A DNA stretch of 64,000 nt from Klebsormidium nitens (taxonomy: Eukaryota; Plantae; Klebsormidiophyceae). The notes under the pieces were generated by a model. The model was not told the origin of the DNA, searched no databases, and was given only the letters and a program-made list of their open reading frames with translations. The stretch covers positions 154,397 through 218,396 of the forward strand of contig DF236996.1 of NCBI GenBank assembly GCA_000708835.1, written 5' to 3'. Each line of letters starts with the position of its first letter. The first letter of the stretch is position 1. Made by a program: the position numbers and the translations under genes. Positions 34,601-46,100 of this stretch are shown piece by piece.

Positions 34601-37600
34601 ATCTCGTTTCCCTGAACCCAGCGCTTGTTTCCTTAACCTGCAGTCCATGAACTACGTAACGGCTTTCCTGCTCCTGGTCATGCGGTCCGAGGAGCACGCC
34701 TTCTGGATGCTCGCTACCCTGCTGGAGGATATTCTGTACGAAGACTCGTACTCGGGGGTGAGAATAGGCAGTGAAGTCGCCCCTCTGATAGAAAACTTTC
34801 ATGATCAAAAGTGGTATCACCCGTCCAGTACAGGGATTGCTTGTTACTTCTGCGGAGGGTCTACTGTAACTTGCAAGACCTTGCTACGCCATTCCGACGG
34901 GGAGTGATTGATTTGGAGAATTTCATCACGACCGATAAATAGTGAAAAAGCGTAGCTTGGGGCTGTCGGCAGGTCCTAATCAGACCCAACATATTCTGGC
35001 TGTGTTATGATACGGGCTTAGTTTTCGGTTCATCTCCAGAACTTGAAGTATCCCGCCTTCGGAACAAAAAGCTGGATCAAGCACTGTGCGCACTTGCAAG
35101 ATTTGGATAGGGTATGGGTTTCGAGTCCGGTTCGCGTTTCCCTCTATTCCGCTCGGTCATGATGGAAAGGCATGACCCGTGTGCAGCCGGCTCAGCTGCT
35201 TTTCGTCGTCCCGCAGGACCTCTCAGGATGCCACGTGGAAACTCGGGTACTAGGGGAACTACTAGAAAAGAAACTGCCTAGGTGAGCAATTGTCATCACT
35301 TGGACTGTGACCCGTCACTCGTAGCCTCAAAAAGTCGGCTTGTCTGGAGCCGTTCACAGCGATCCACCTTTAATCCGCACATGTCTCCGCCACATTGGTT
35401 GAATTCCTAGGTCGGCCATGCAAGTTGATGGCAAGAAGGCGATGAAACAGTGCGCACGATATGTGCTAGGGAAGTAGTCCTTTTGCGTTCCGACTTCGTC
35501 GTCACTGTGAAGGCTCTTTCTGCATTTCAAATTGTTTCACTGCACCGTTTGAAGACAAGTGGTCCACAAGCGTCATTCGCTGTCATAGGATACAGTACTA
35601 TATACTTCTTCTTGCGGTCGATCTGGAGTTGTTGATTACAACTCTCCTACCCGAAATACAAAATATCTTGCGTCAAAAGTCACACCCTGCCGTCGCGTGT
35701 CGATTAGACCCGTTCAATTACGACTCCCTGAATTCATACCAACCGAATCATCCATATTTTGCGTGTGCCACAAAGGGTTACAGACTTCCACCGGAGTGGC
35801 TCAATATTTCAGCAGAGCTTCCCCCAGAAACTTGGCAGTCCGCTTGCGGAAGAAGTTAGCCTACCAGCATTTCGCTCGGGTCCGTAAGAAGCCCATTGCT
35901 TAGTCAGAAAGTTGCCGATAGTGTCCGCCGAACTGTTGAACAAAAAGTCTCGGCAGACCCAGTTTCCGCCATAAAGTGCCGTTTTTCCGATTCGTTGCGT
36001 TCTTCGATGCAACCACACTCATTTGAGAGCCCAGATGCAACTTCGATTATTACGTACTGAATCGGTTGAAATCTCGATGCTGCATCAAACCGAGCCCTAG
36101 CCCAAAAGTCAGATAACTTTCTGTTCCCCGCAGGTTGGCGGTGCTGCTAGAGAAACTAGGGTGCGAGCTGGCGCTCCTGTGTACAGAATGGTTCCTCTGC
36201 CTCTTCGTCAAAAGCCTGCCGCCAGAGGTGCGTGAGCGACGCCGGCCCACTTCAGATTGCTCTTGCTGACTACGGAATAAAGTTTGGCTTCTTCTGATGT
36301 TGGTTCTTGCGCCGGCAGCCTGTGTCGGAATTCGAAGGACCGGCCGTAACGCGTTCTTCGATTCATTTGGTACAATGATTCTAGAGTTTATGCGAAGGGG
36401 GTCAAAGGACAGGTTCTAGAAAAGACCACGAGATGAACTTGGTGCGAAATACCTTGCCTTCGGCTGGTTTGCACTCTCTGGGGCACTGCAAGCAAGGGAT
36501 TGGCTGGCCGAAACTGTGCTTTGGAACATGCGTGTACTTTCCTGATACCCAACTCTTCCGAACGGTCAGAAGTGATTACGCTTCCGGAAGCGCTTCACAA
36601 AAAGGTTTGTTAGTTTGAGCATAGACTCGTCACTGTCGATCGATAGTTTCGCTTCCCATCTTTTAGAGCACACGCGACCCTCTTAAGCTTGAGACGGGAC
36701 CAGTGAACAGTCCCGAGATAGATCGGGCGGTCCGTATGGTCGGGCAGTCCAGGTTTAGTTGGACTTTTTGATTTTTATGAGACGGTTTCAGCACAGATTG
36801 GCGGTTTCAGGTCTGAGCATGAGAAGATGAGCGATGTCCACAAAAGACTGATGGGCCCATTCTTACCGTCTCTCTTTCGACTGTAAAACCGTTTGGGCCA
36901 GCTTTGGAGCTCCTCTTCAACTCCACTCGTCAAGAATGTGGGTCTTCTCCTTCTTGTGTTGCAGCTGCCGTTATGTTTTACTCAATGCATACTTGTCCGT
37001 TTGCAGACAACGATGCGGATCTGGGACGTTCTCTTCAACGAGGGAGCGAAGGTCATCTTCCGAGTAGCGCTCGCTTTGTTGAAGGTATGCACGGGATACC
37101 TTGGATACCTCACAGGTTTGCGGATCAAACATCTGACTGTGTCGCTTTGCCGTGTGCCCGAAGGTATACATGCGCAATTTCTATGTCGGAGTTCAAACGT
37201 CAGATCACGGCGCATACAAGAGACTGAGCGACGCCGTGATTTTAGATCAATCTGGAAGGATAAAGTGCTGGACAGTGTGCCGTGTGAAGGGCTGGTTTAA
37301 GGGAGCGGCTGATTTTTATTACGTCAGCATCGGTAACAATGCTGGGGCATAGACTTTGATTCAAAAGATTGATAGCTAGCTGTGCTTGTGCCAAACACCT
37401 ACATTGTTTTATCCTACTTTTTGCCTGGGGTACTTACATTTGGATCAAATCAGGGGCTTTCGAAAGATAGAAAGCTGCACGGGGCAGCTTTGACACAAAA
37501 ATCTCTGTTTCCTAGAAGGCGGCCGTGGTTCACCAGCAGGACGAGCATTTTTTTTGTATTTAGAAAAGTCCGCCTCTCAGTGAACACTTTGCGACGACTA

Positions 37601-38602
37601 GACTTGGAAAGGAGAAAGTCATCCGAATGCCGTCTGATGCGAAATGACGCAAGAAGTGACCGAGGAGACTTTTGTCCTGCATCGGTCCTTGCATATTGCG
37701 CAAGCAAACAGAAAGTTTGGAATCACATGAACGAAGCGGAAGCAAACAAAGGTCTGTCCTTCTTTGTCTGTAGATGAACGAAGCGAACCTGCTGAAGACC
37801 AAGAGCGTCGGGGAGCTGATCCACCTGTTGCAGGACGCGACGCGGCATACATACGACAGGGACGAGTTGATGAAGGTGAGCCGCGCGGCACTCATCAGCA
37901 TCTGCAAAGTGCAGAATAAGGGATTTTGTAAAAGCCCCTCTCGTAGGAGGTGGCACTCCTGGGCAGTTGTTTCCAACGACTGCTTTTTGTAACAAGTAAG
38001 AGTTTGAGTACTAAAAGCGCCCGTATAGTCTCGTAAAGCAAACAGACTGATTTGAGGATCTGTGGTAAAGGTGAGCGAGCCACCAGAGCAGGCTAGAAGC
38101 GACAAATTCTGTGCCCTTAATGAAATACTCTCGGACAGTCGGCGTTCTGAAGACGGTATCTTGCGCATCGGGTACCATGTTGCTGAAACTCGGCAGTGGA
38201 GTTAGAACGTGTTGTCCTTCTAGGTGGTCACGTTGAGCAAACTGATTGACAGCCTAAGTCGTAACAGCCCCAGGAGCTTTGGGGTCGATGCTGACCATCA
38301 AAGTTACACGAAAAAAGGCCAAGATGGAAGGCGTGAGTCTTTTAAGCTGATTTGGTTTTGTTTGGAATCCTATTTGTATTTTGCCTAGTTGTTGAAGCTG
38401 TACACGGAGGACAATTGTAGTATGCTTTGGAACAGACGTTGTATCCTCGTCTGATGCAGCGTCTCCTTGCTTACAGGTGGCGTTTGAAAAGTTGGGGTCG
38501 TTTCCGATGAAGAGTATACTGAAGCAAAGGCGGAGGCAACACCCCTTGGTTATGGCTGAGCTTCAAGACAGATTGCGAAAGCACGAAAATAAAAGCTCGT
38601 AA
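31695..38602 (+). CDS. TBC-domain Rab GTPase-activating protein, 10 exons, about 379 aa
   Basis: Exons 31695-31844, 32658-32831, 33172-33291, 33783-33899, 34644-34757, 35217-35281, 36134-36227, 37007-37084, 37774-37875, 38477-38602. Motifs: LIRKGIP..R.KVW, the IxxDxxR finger QIDNDVHRTFP, the YxQ finger GYCQSMNY, EEHAFW, TEWFLCLF, and RIWDVLFNEGAKVIFRVAL. Confidence 0.95.
34440..34625 (+). repeat. Echoes of the TBC exon 5 acceptor plus start
   Basis: tgcagttcatgaactatgatacggctttcctgcttctggccatg at about 34548 matches the real tgcagtccatgaactacgtaacggctttcctgctcctggtcatg at 34639. The spacer atctcgtttccc.tga.cccagcgc is repeated, and a more degraded unit lies at about 34450. Confidence 0.85.
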
Positions 38603-40085
38603 CGCTCACTTAGAGATCATACTTACCTGCACTGCTTGTGCAAGGGTTTTACTAATATAGGTGGAAGGCCCTGACTTCCAAGAGCGTCTTGCTCGGGTCC
38701 AACATAAAGGTGTCAGGTTGGATTATCATGATGCCTATTCCGTGCTGCATGTCCCGGAGTCCATGTTTGTACAGGCCATGATTTATGCTACCAGATCGAG
38801 TAGCTCCCGTCCGTATCGAGTCGCCCGAATGGGTATGCTGCCAACAGCTGGAGCTCTTTCATGCGCCCGGAGTTTTGCCGGCCGGCCATGCGAGCATTTG
38901 CATGCCGGCAGCCATCGGACCCACTAACCTCAAAACAATTCCCACTACATAGGCAGTCATTGGCGCCGGCACAGACACGCCAGCACCATATGTCAACTTT
39001 AAGGCCGCCATGTTTTACGAAAAGCTCTCTCAAACTGGCGCGGTTGTGTCGGTTGTTGATTTGTGGTCAACTGTCATTGTTGCATGATGCGTAGCTGGGA
39101 CAGTAAGTTCTACCGTGCCTCTCAGCATGTGCAATTGTTACTAAAATTTGCAGGGCCGCGGCGGCCCATAGAACCTCACCCTGCCATGTTATTGTGATCA
39201 ATTGGACCGGCGCCTTCGTAATCCCTCATATATGTACGATCTTGGTACGTGCAATCAGATGACGGTACCGGCCAAAGTTTGCCGTGCGCATCGTCATATC
39301 TTCGAATGATTTGACACAGCTAGCAGTCTCAGTCTCGCTGCCAGCCTATGGAGTGTGACGGCATGGGCAAACAACATGAACGGCCGGCCAGGCATGGAAT
39401 GCCTTCAGGTTCTTTAGTGCAGATTCTGTGCTGATGATGCATATAATCCTGATCACCAGCACCGGAAGAAAAACGCGTGGCACCTACGAGGAGTTTTCTG
39501 GGTCTATGCCGCCCCATCTGCAACGATGGACGTGAAAGCAGTCGAATCAAGCACTTACTGCCCGACTTGGTCGCCGGCACGATTTAGGGACGGCCCGCAT
39601 TTGCGGCCATGGCAGCGTGCAATACGAGCGAACCCCATCGTACGAGCTGGAGGGCTGGAGTTGGGAACCTCCCACACCGATCATCGGTTCCGGGCTTTTG
39701 CAATCGGGCTCACGAGTGCGCCGCCTTAGTGGAATGTCTGGTCGCAACGTAACACGGACATCACATGATCATATCCAGATTCTGTGCATCTACAGCCAAG
39801 ATAACGTGCGTCCGTTTCATTTCTCGTTTTCAGGTCCTGTCAAAGATCGACTCGCGCTTCAACCCTATCGCTTCCAACAAAGTTGCAGACAAGGTCTCAG
39901 TTCAGACAAGTGTCAAAAGGCTCCCACGAACGGATCCAGATTCTGTCCAAGACTGAAGCCTGCTGACAGTGTACTGAAGCGGCATGGAAATCCAACAGGC
40001 TCAGACTCTACCCTTTTTGCATAATCTCGCAATTTATCTTCCTATCGGGCTCGCCTCCATGATAGGCTTCGGGGCTGCAGCCAAG

Positions 40086-40934
40086 TCAGTGCCCTAAACG
40101 CGCCAACATCTTTTCTAGCACTTCCCCGACCTGGTCCCCATACTGTTGAAAGTGCCCCTCTGTGATCATCTCCCGGAGTTCATGAACGTAATCAGGAGTC
40201 AACTCCCGATGCATACCTGTACAATAACAGTTAAAGATTTTCTCTGTGTCAATGTACCCGGCCCCTAAGCCTGGGAGCTCAGCAGTCGAGTCGACCGCTT
40301 CTTCTGCCAACTTCAGCAGCGCATCTGCTTCCAGTACGTCCTCTTGATCGTACCACAATTCATCGCTGCAATTGTAGAGAATCTTGATCAAGTTGCGGAC
40401 CATCCGATGGAAGCTCGGAGCATCACACGCCAGAATGTACGCTCGTTCAAGGCCAACCACTGAGCTCGAAGACCGATCTTTCGGCGATTCTTTGGGTGGA
40501 CCTCCTGGTAAAGAGTCGCCAGATCCCCGGTCACCCCCCTCTGTAAGCTGCTGCGTTTTTGCGGCCAGTCTCTCGTGCAAAGCGCTAAGAGCTTTCGAGT
40601 CAAAGTCCTTGGCCTTCTCATGGAACTGTTTGCAACTATCTTTGCATCTGTCATTCGGCGGATTGTGCTTATGTCCACATTATCCAGACCTACTATTGTT
40701 CCCCAGAAGTGTCCAACAGCATAGTCCACAGCGCTCCGGAGCTGGTCCATTTCCGCAGTGCTCAACATCTTTAGAACTCTGAAGAGAGTCTGCGATACAC
40801 TCACACTGAATCAATGGCTTGGTGGAAAGAAATCTGAGCAAGAAATGATGGAACCAATACGCGCTGCTTGTCAGTCTTCTCAGAGACGCAGTTTGGAGCA
40901 TATCTTGGTGAGCGCGGTGGATCATCTTACGCAA
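40086..40934 (-). pseudogene. About 283-codon reading frame interrupted by one TAA; Cys/His-rich middle and acidic helical C-terminus
   Basis: ORFs 40680-40934 and 40086-40580 are in the same frame, and only the TAA at 40682-40680 interrupts it: ...ERCGLCCWTLLGNNSRSG*CGHKHNPPNDRCKDSCKQFHEKAKDFD... No family recognised. Confidence 0.35.
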
Positions 40935-43107
40935 CCTCCGGAAAAAGCTGGAAACGGCGTACTACCGGTAGATGCCAACCAGCTTAGTCCCCGGCCCCTT
41001 AGTCCATGCAGATTTCAACCAGCTATTGCGCCTTCCCATGAACAAAATCAGGTGTGGGACCATGTCAGTGTGGACGTGAGACTATGTGTCTGTTTGGCCG
41101 CTCCAACCGGCCGCCACAGGGACGTCACAGGTTGGACGTCAGTGACTTGGACGCCTTAGGCTAGACCCGCGTGCATGGCGCGCGGCAGTTGTGGCCAGCT
41201 AAACCTCGAACCCCCGCAAGCTCGGACGTCCGCAAGCGCCGGGGCGTATGCCGCGTACGACTACAGTTCACCAAGTTCGCTGGATTGATCGATCCCGGCC
41301 GCGCAGGCGGCAGGCGTGGCGGCCGCGGCAGGGCCGCTTCAAGCTGGTGGGGTTAGGGCCGGCCTGCCAGCTGGCAGCGGCACGGCCCACTGTGAGATCT
41401 GGACAGGCTGGGCCTGGGAGCCCGGAACCAAAGTTTGGTGTAGTTTGGTGTAGGGAGGCCTGAGACGAGATGGTCGTCCAGACTTTTCTTACTACGTGCA
41501 ATGATTCTCCAACTGAAGAACCGGCAGTGTCTCGAACCCGGACCTGATGGGAAGAGTGAAGGGAGAGTGAAGGCAACCGCCACGTTCGTGAATACGACGA
41601 GCAACACGGTGACCGTGTGCTACGAGATGCCCAATATCAGTGTCCTTGTCTGATGCGGTAGGGGACTGATCCTGCAAGGCGAACGACATTTAGCGACAGA
41701 TTAGTAGGAGCGAGTCCTTACTGAAATGCTGCTTGGTGCTATCGTGGCATGGCTGGCATCGACAGATGAGCTGTAATCTGGAAAGACGACGTGGAAGAGA
41801 TCGCAGGCCGCCGGGTAACGAGATACACCAAAGGACCAGGGTGTTGATGCTTGCTAGGAACCGACTTCCACACTTGGTTCAACTTAACAATAGTGTGAGG
41901 TGGGACTGGAGAAGACCATTGAAGAGCCGTCGTTTTAAATCAGGTCTCTGAGAAGTGTCGAACTACTGTCGGGGTCCCAATGACAGTATTAGCCATACAA
42001 TTAGCTGGATCCAGCTTGTATGGCTTCAGTACAACAATGAAACATCTTGAGATGTAGGTGGCCGACCAAGCCGCGCAAAAACCGAGAAAGTCTAGGAGCA
42101 GCTTCTAAAATCATGCAGTCAGCCTGCAAAAGCGAGTGAACTTAAGCAGGTATTTGATCTCCCAATTGCTTGGACTAGTCGCTTCCTCGTGCCGCTCAAG
42201 TTCCTCAGTTTGCACCGTCACTTGGCGGGTTTAGCCTAGCTTTCACGTGTAGGTCAGAAAAAGGGCAATTTCCGACCCCTCATGCAACCTTGAAACTCAA
42301 GAACTTTCAGCGCAGAGACTTTTTCTCAGGCCCGCCGGCCCCTCTAATTACTCGGTGCATGAGGCGACTCTTTCGCCGTGGCGAAAACAGGGCAAAGTTG
42401 AAACTTGAATTGACCGGACCACCATATGTCACATGCTCGGCCGCCAGGCTTTTTTCAGCTTGCATTTGGGATAACGCATACATGCGCTTCGTGACTCGCC
42501 GGCCACTGAGTGCATTACTTTGCAAGTGCATACCCTTAGCTGCACTCGACGTCGTCAGTCGTCCCGGGTCATGCGCCCCACTCATCGTGCATGGCCGGGC
42601 GTATACAACTCGGCAAATATTATGAGGTCGAGCGCGCGGCCCGAGCCCGCATATTGATGGGGCCCGTGTGAACTGATCACGGCCAGCAGACAAAAGCATG
42701 CACGTATCTATGGACGGAAGAGTTGTGCAGTACTTGTAGTTTCGAAAACACATTCAATGTACGATCGCAGTATGTACCGGCCAATTTTGCAAGGAATTAC
42801 AATTCCGTATGCTTTTGTAGCCACTTATACGGGGAAAGCGAGCGGCGACACATGTGCTGCTGCAGGGCATGGGATGCCGAGTTGAGCTTGTTGCAACAAA
42901 GTGTACTCAAAAGCATGTAGGGAGGTAACTGCACACATCCTCATTCACAAAGCAACGTATCTTGAATGCGCGGTGGAGCTCGTCAAGACGGGCCAACTGG
43001 CAACAGCCCGCCAATCTCGGTTTTGACAGACTAGTCCAAACTCAGCAATGCAGCCGTCTGTGCCGTATAACCGTCGGACTCGGCTCAAGCTAGAATACAC
43101 GCAAGTA

Positions 43108-46100
43108 CTATACATAAACAACGCCCTTGCTACCGTACGCTTCTTGTGCCTTCCTCACTAGCTTGTCTAGGTCCCTAACAATGTTGAACACGGCGTCCGG
43201 CCTGCACAGAGCGACACCAGGTGTCAATCGATGGATCAGAGAGTGGCGTCGCGCTTCAGTCAAAGTCAATAGAAGAGCCCCGGGTTTCACCACACAGTTG
43301 GCAATGAATTCTTGCAACACAGCAACTGTTGACGAGGCTGCGGTGCACTTCGACGGGAGGAGGCTGCTTGCTATGTTGCAACCAACCACGGCTGGCGCGA
43401 TGCCAGAAACTGCCGTCAGTCGGCTTTCAACTCTTGGCTCGACAAGAGGGTCTCGAGTTTTCGGTGAAACCGCTTTACCTCCTGCCTTTGATCAAATGAA
43501 CGGGGATGAGGAAAACAAATGGCGGAGAGAGACTCGAAAGAGGGGAATCAGACAGATAGAGATAGTGGCCAGCAGTACCTGCCCAGCTACGCGGGCAGTC
43601 CTTCGTGTGACGTCAGCTCGTGCTTTTGCTTAACGACCCACTCGGCCGCAACATTCAACATATGGCAATTCAAAGCCTGACCCAAAGAAGTCTTCAAACC
43701 GAAGGCGAGCTGCTTGAGCGCCTTTTTTAATGGCTACAAGCTCTGCCAACGGGCAAACCACTCCCCTACGAACTTACGAAGAGACAGCAAACAAATCAAA
43801 CCTTGTACCCAAGAATGCACGCACCTGGCCAGCTTGAGAGCCCGCTCCTTCATCGCGGTCAGCTCGCCCTTCTTCTCCCCGAACCACTCGGCCACAATGG
43901 TGGCGATCTCGGTGGGTACGTCACTGTACTTGCCACAGCCATTCTCCACGACGAACGGCACGTTTCCCGTCTCCTGCAGTATTTGAAACGCTGACGGTGA
44001 GACTTTTTTTAGAACGTCTTAGGAAAGACTTGTGGTTGACAGCAGTAAACAGGTGGTACGAATCGATCTCGAATACTGACCGTGCCGTTTAAGATCTAGC
44101 CGCCGTTGCGTGAACGGCTTGCTCAGCAAGAGCAATGTAAGCTTTATCAATCCACGACAGTTTTACCTTACTCAAACACAACCGATTGCCAGGTATGTGA
44201 CAGGCGGTGTGGGCAAGGCCCAGGTAGAAACTGCACTCTAAAGTCGTGCCTTGTACAGCTGGGAAGAGGAATCAAAAGAGGTGGTGGGGCATTGGCTCCA
44301 GGGTGCATAGAAGTGAGAGGCCTTACCTGCCCGGCAATAAAGTCATTGAGTACGATGGGCAGTCCCCGGATGAGCGCCTTGAAATCGAAATTGTACCTTG
44401 TATGTGTGGGAAAGAAGAAGTAAAACAACAGGTTGAGATTAGAGTTCAGGGTGCATAGAAGTGACAGGGCCTTACCTGTCCAGCGATGAAGTCGTTCAGC
44501 ACGATGGGCAGTCCCCGGATGAGCGCCTCAGCGATCGTCCCCGGCCCTGCCTTGGTGATGACGCAATCCGAGGCGGCCATCCACTCGGGCATGTTCTTCA
44601 CGAAGCCCTGCACCTGCACGCATGAAGAGTATGATAGTCTGAAGCTGTTGACAATGATGTCACTGCTTTGAGATGAGATTTGGAGTGGCCGAGCTCACCC
44701 GAGATACGGCCTGCAATCGGTTTGGCCAAGGAAGTTCGCAAGATATGGGTCAACGTGCTTGGGCACATAAATACTGCTTTGAAATTTGAGTAGTGCAAGC
44801 GAACACGCCAAGATCAGACAATCTGACGACGGACAAGAATTCAAGAAGGCACCTCAATAATATCAGAGACGTCGTTGAATAATTGCGCAATAGATAAAAC
44901 AGTTACGGTGCTTGGAACGTAGTCCCGGAGTTGCATCAGCTTCGCCATTGACTGCAACCGAACAAAGAGGCACGAAACACATACAGTGTCGGCGAGTCGC
45001 TGCCGCAAATCGCCCGCCGGTGCTTGCTTCCGACGAGCAAAACCAGAACCAGAGAATTAAGGAAATTGTTCCCTTCACTTCTTGCTTGGCAGTGCAAGGT
45101 CAGATCCTAAACCAAAAGGGTGGTCCTCAAAAAGGTACGATATCTGTCGCATCAAAAACAGAGCCAGAAAGTTGGTCTTCCCAAAAGGTACTTACCTGCG
45201 TCGGCATGGGCCAATCCACCGCTTCTAGGATGGACTGCAGCTTCTTGTTTCGCCCGCAAATGATGATCAGCTGCCCCAAGGGGGCGGTTCCGCTCGTCCC
45301 CCCGAGGACGTCCGCAAGTGCCCGGGCCGTCGCTTCTACGGGGCCCATGCCCTCCCCCCCGCCGATGAGAATGACAGCTGGCAGCGTCGGGTGCATCGCG
45401 AGCTGCTGCCGAAGCTCTTTCTGCAAAGGGGGGCACGGAAAGGCAGAAGTGAGGGGAGGGCAATGAAGGTAAAGGTCAGAAGGGCACATGTCCTGCCCTA
45501 CTTCCCGCCAATGAGAATGACAGCTGGCAGCATCGGGTGCATTCCGAGCTGCTGCGGAAGCTCTTTCTGCAATAGGGGGGGACGGAAGATTTAAATTGAT
45601 TTCTGCTTTCGCAGCTTACTGAAGAGCGAGCGAGTGACTTTTGAGAGATGCACGGAAACACACGAGGGTTTGCTGAAGAGGAAGGCAGCAGAAAGTTTAA
45701 AAGATAATAGTGGAGACTCACCCTGGGTGGTAGCTTGCACGCCATATCAGGGCAGATGGGCAGTTCATTGAAATGCAACTCAAACAACTATTGCAGTCTG
45801 GAGATCTAGGAAGGCGAAGAATGGAGACACAAGAAGACAAGAGAAGAAGCGCGAAAAGGCAAAAAACACGGAAACCGCTGCGAAAAAATAGAATCGAGCA
45901 CCCTACAATGAGAAATGTCGAACCCTCGTCCCGTGTGACAGCTTCCGCACGAGGTCTGGGCGGACGGGCAGTCCGGGCACGACTGACTACACTGTCAGGA
46001 TTTTATAGACGCAGAACAGCAGGCAAAGACACGCGTATAGAGTGGGGAGGGGTGAGTGGAAGAGCAGACGGAACGGAATCGAAAGAAGGTTGTGCCTTAC

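Noticed and set aside
35820-35900. Very old echo of TBC exon 7 (TTG GCA GTC versus TTG GCG GTG)
   Set aside because: The similarity is too short to separate from chance by eye.
36691-36875. Possible small TIR element (gagacgg...ccgtctc) in TBC intron 7
   Set aside because: Only about 7 bp of inverted match and no TSD; could be chance.
38661-40024. ORF cluster after the TBC gene as a retroelement remnant
   Set aside because: No RT, RNase H, integrase, gag-knuckle or LTR signature found in any listed frame.
43127-43633. 168-aa plus-strand ORF overlapping the MGD last exon
   Set aside because: Antisense shadow with no family features.
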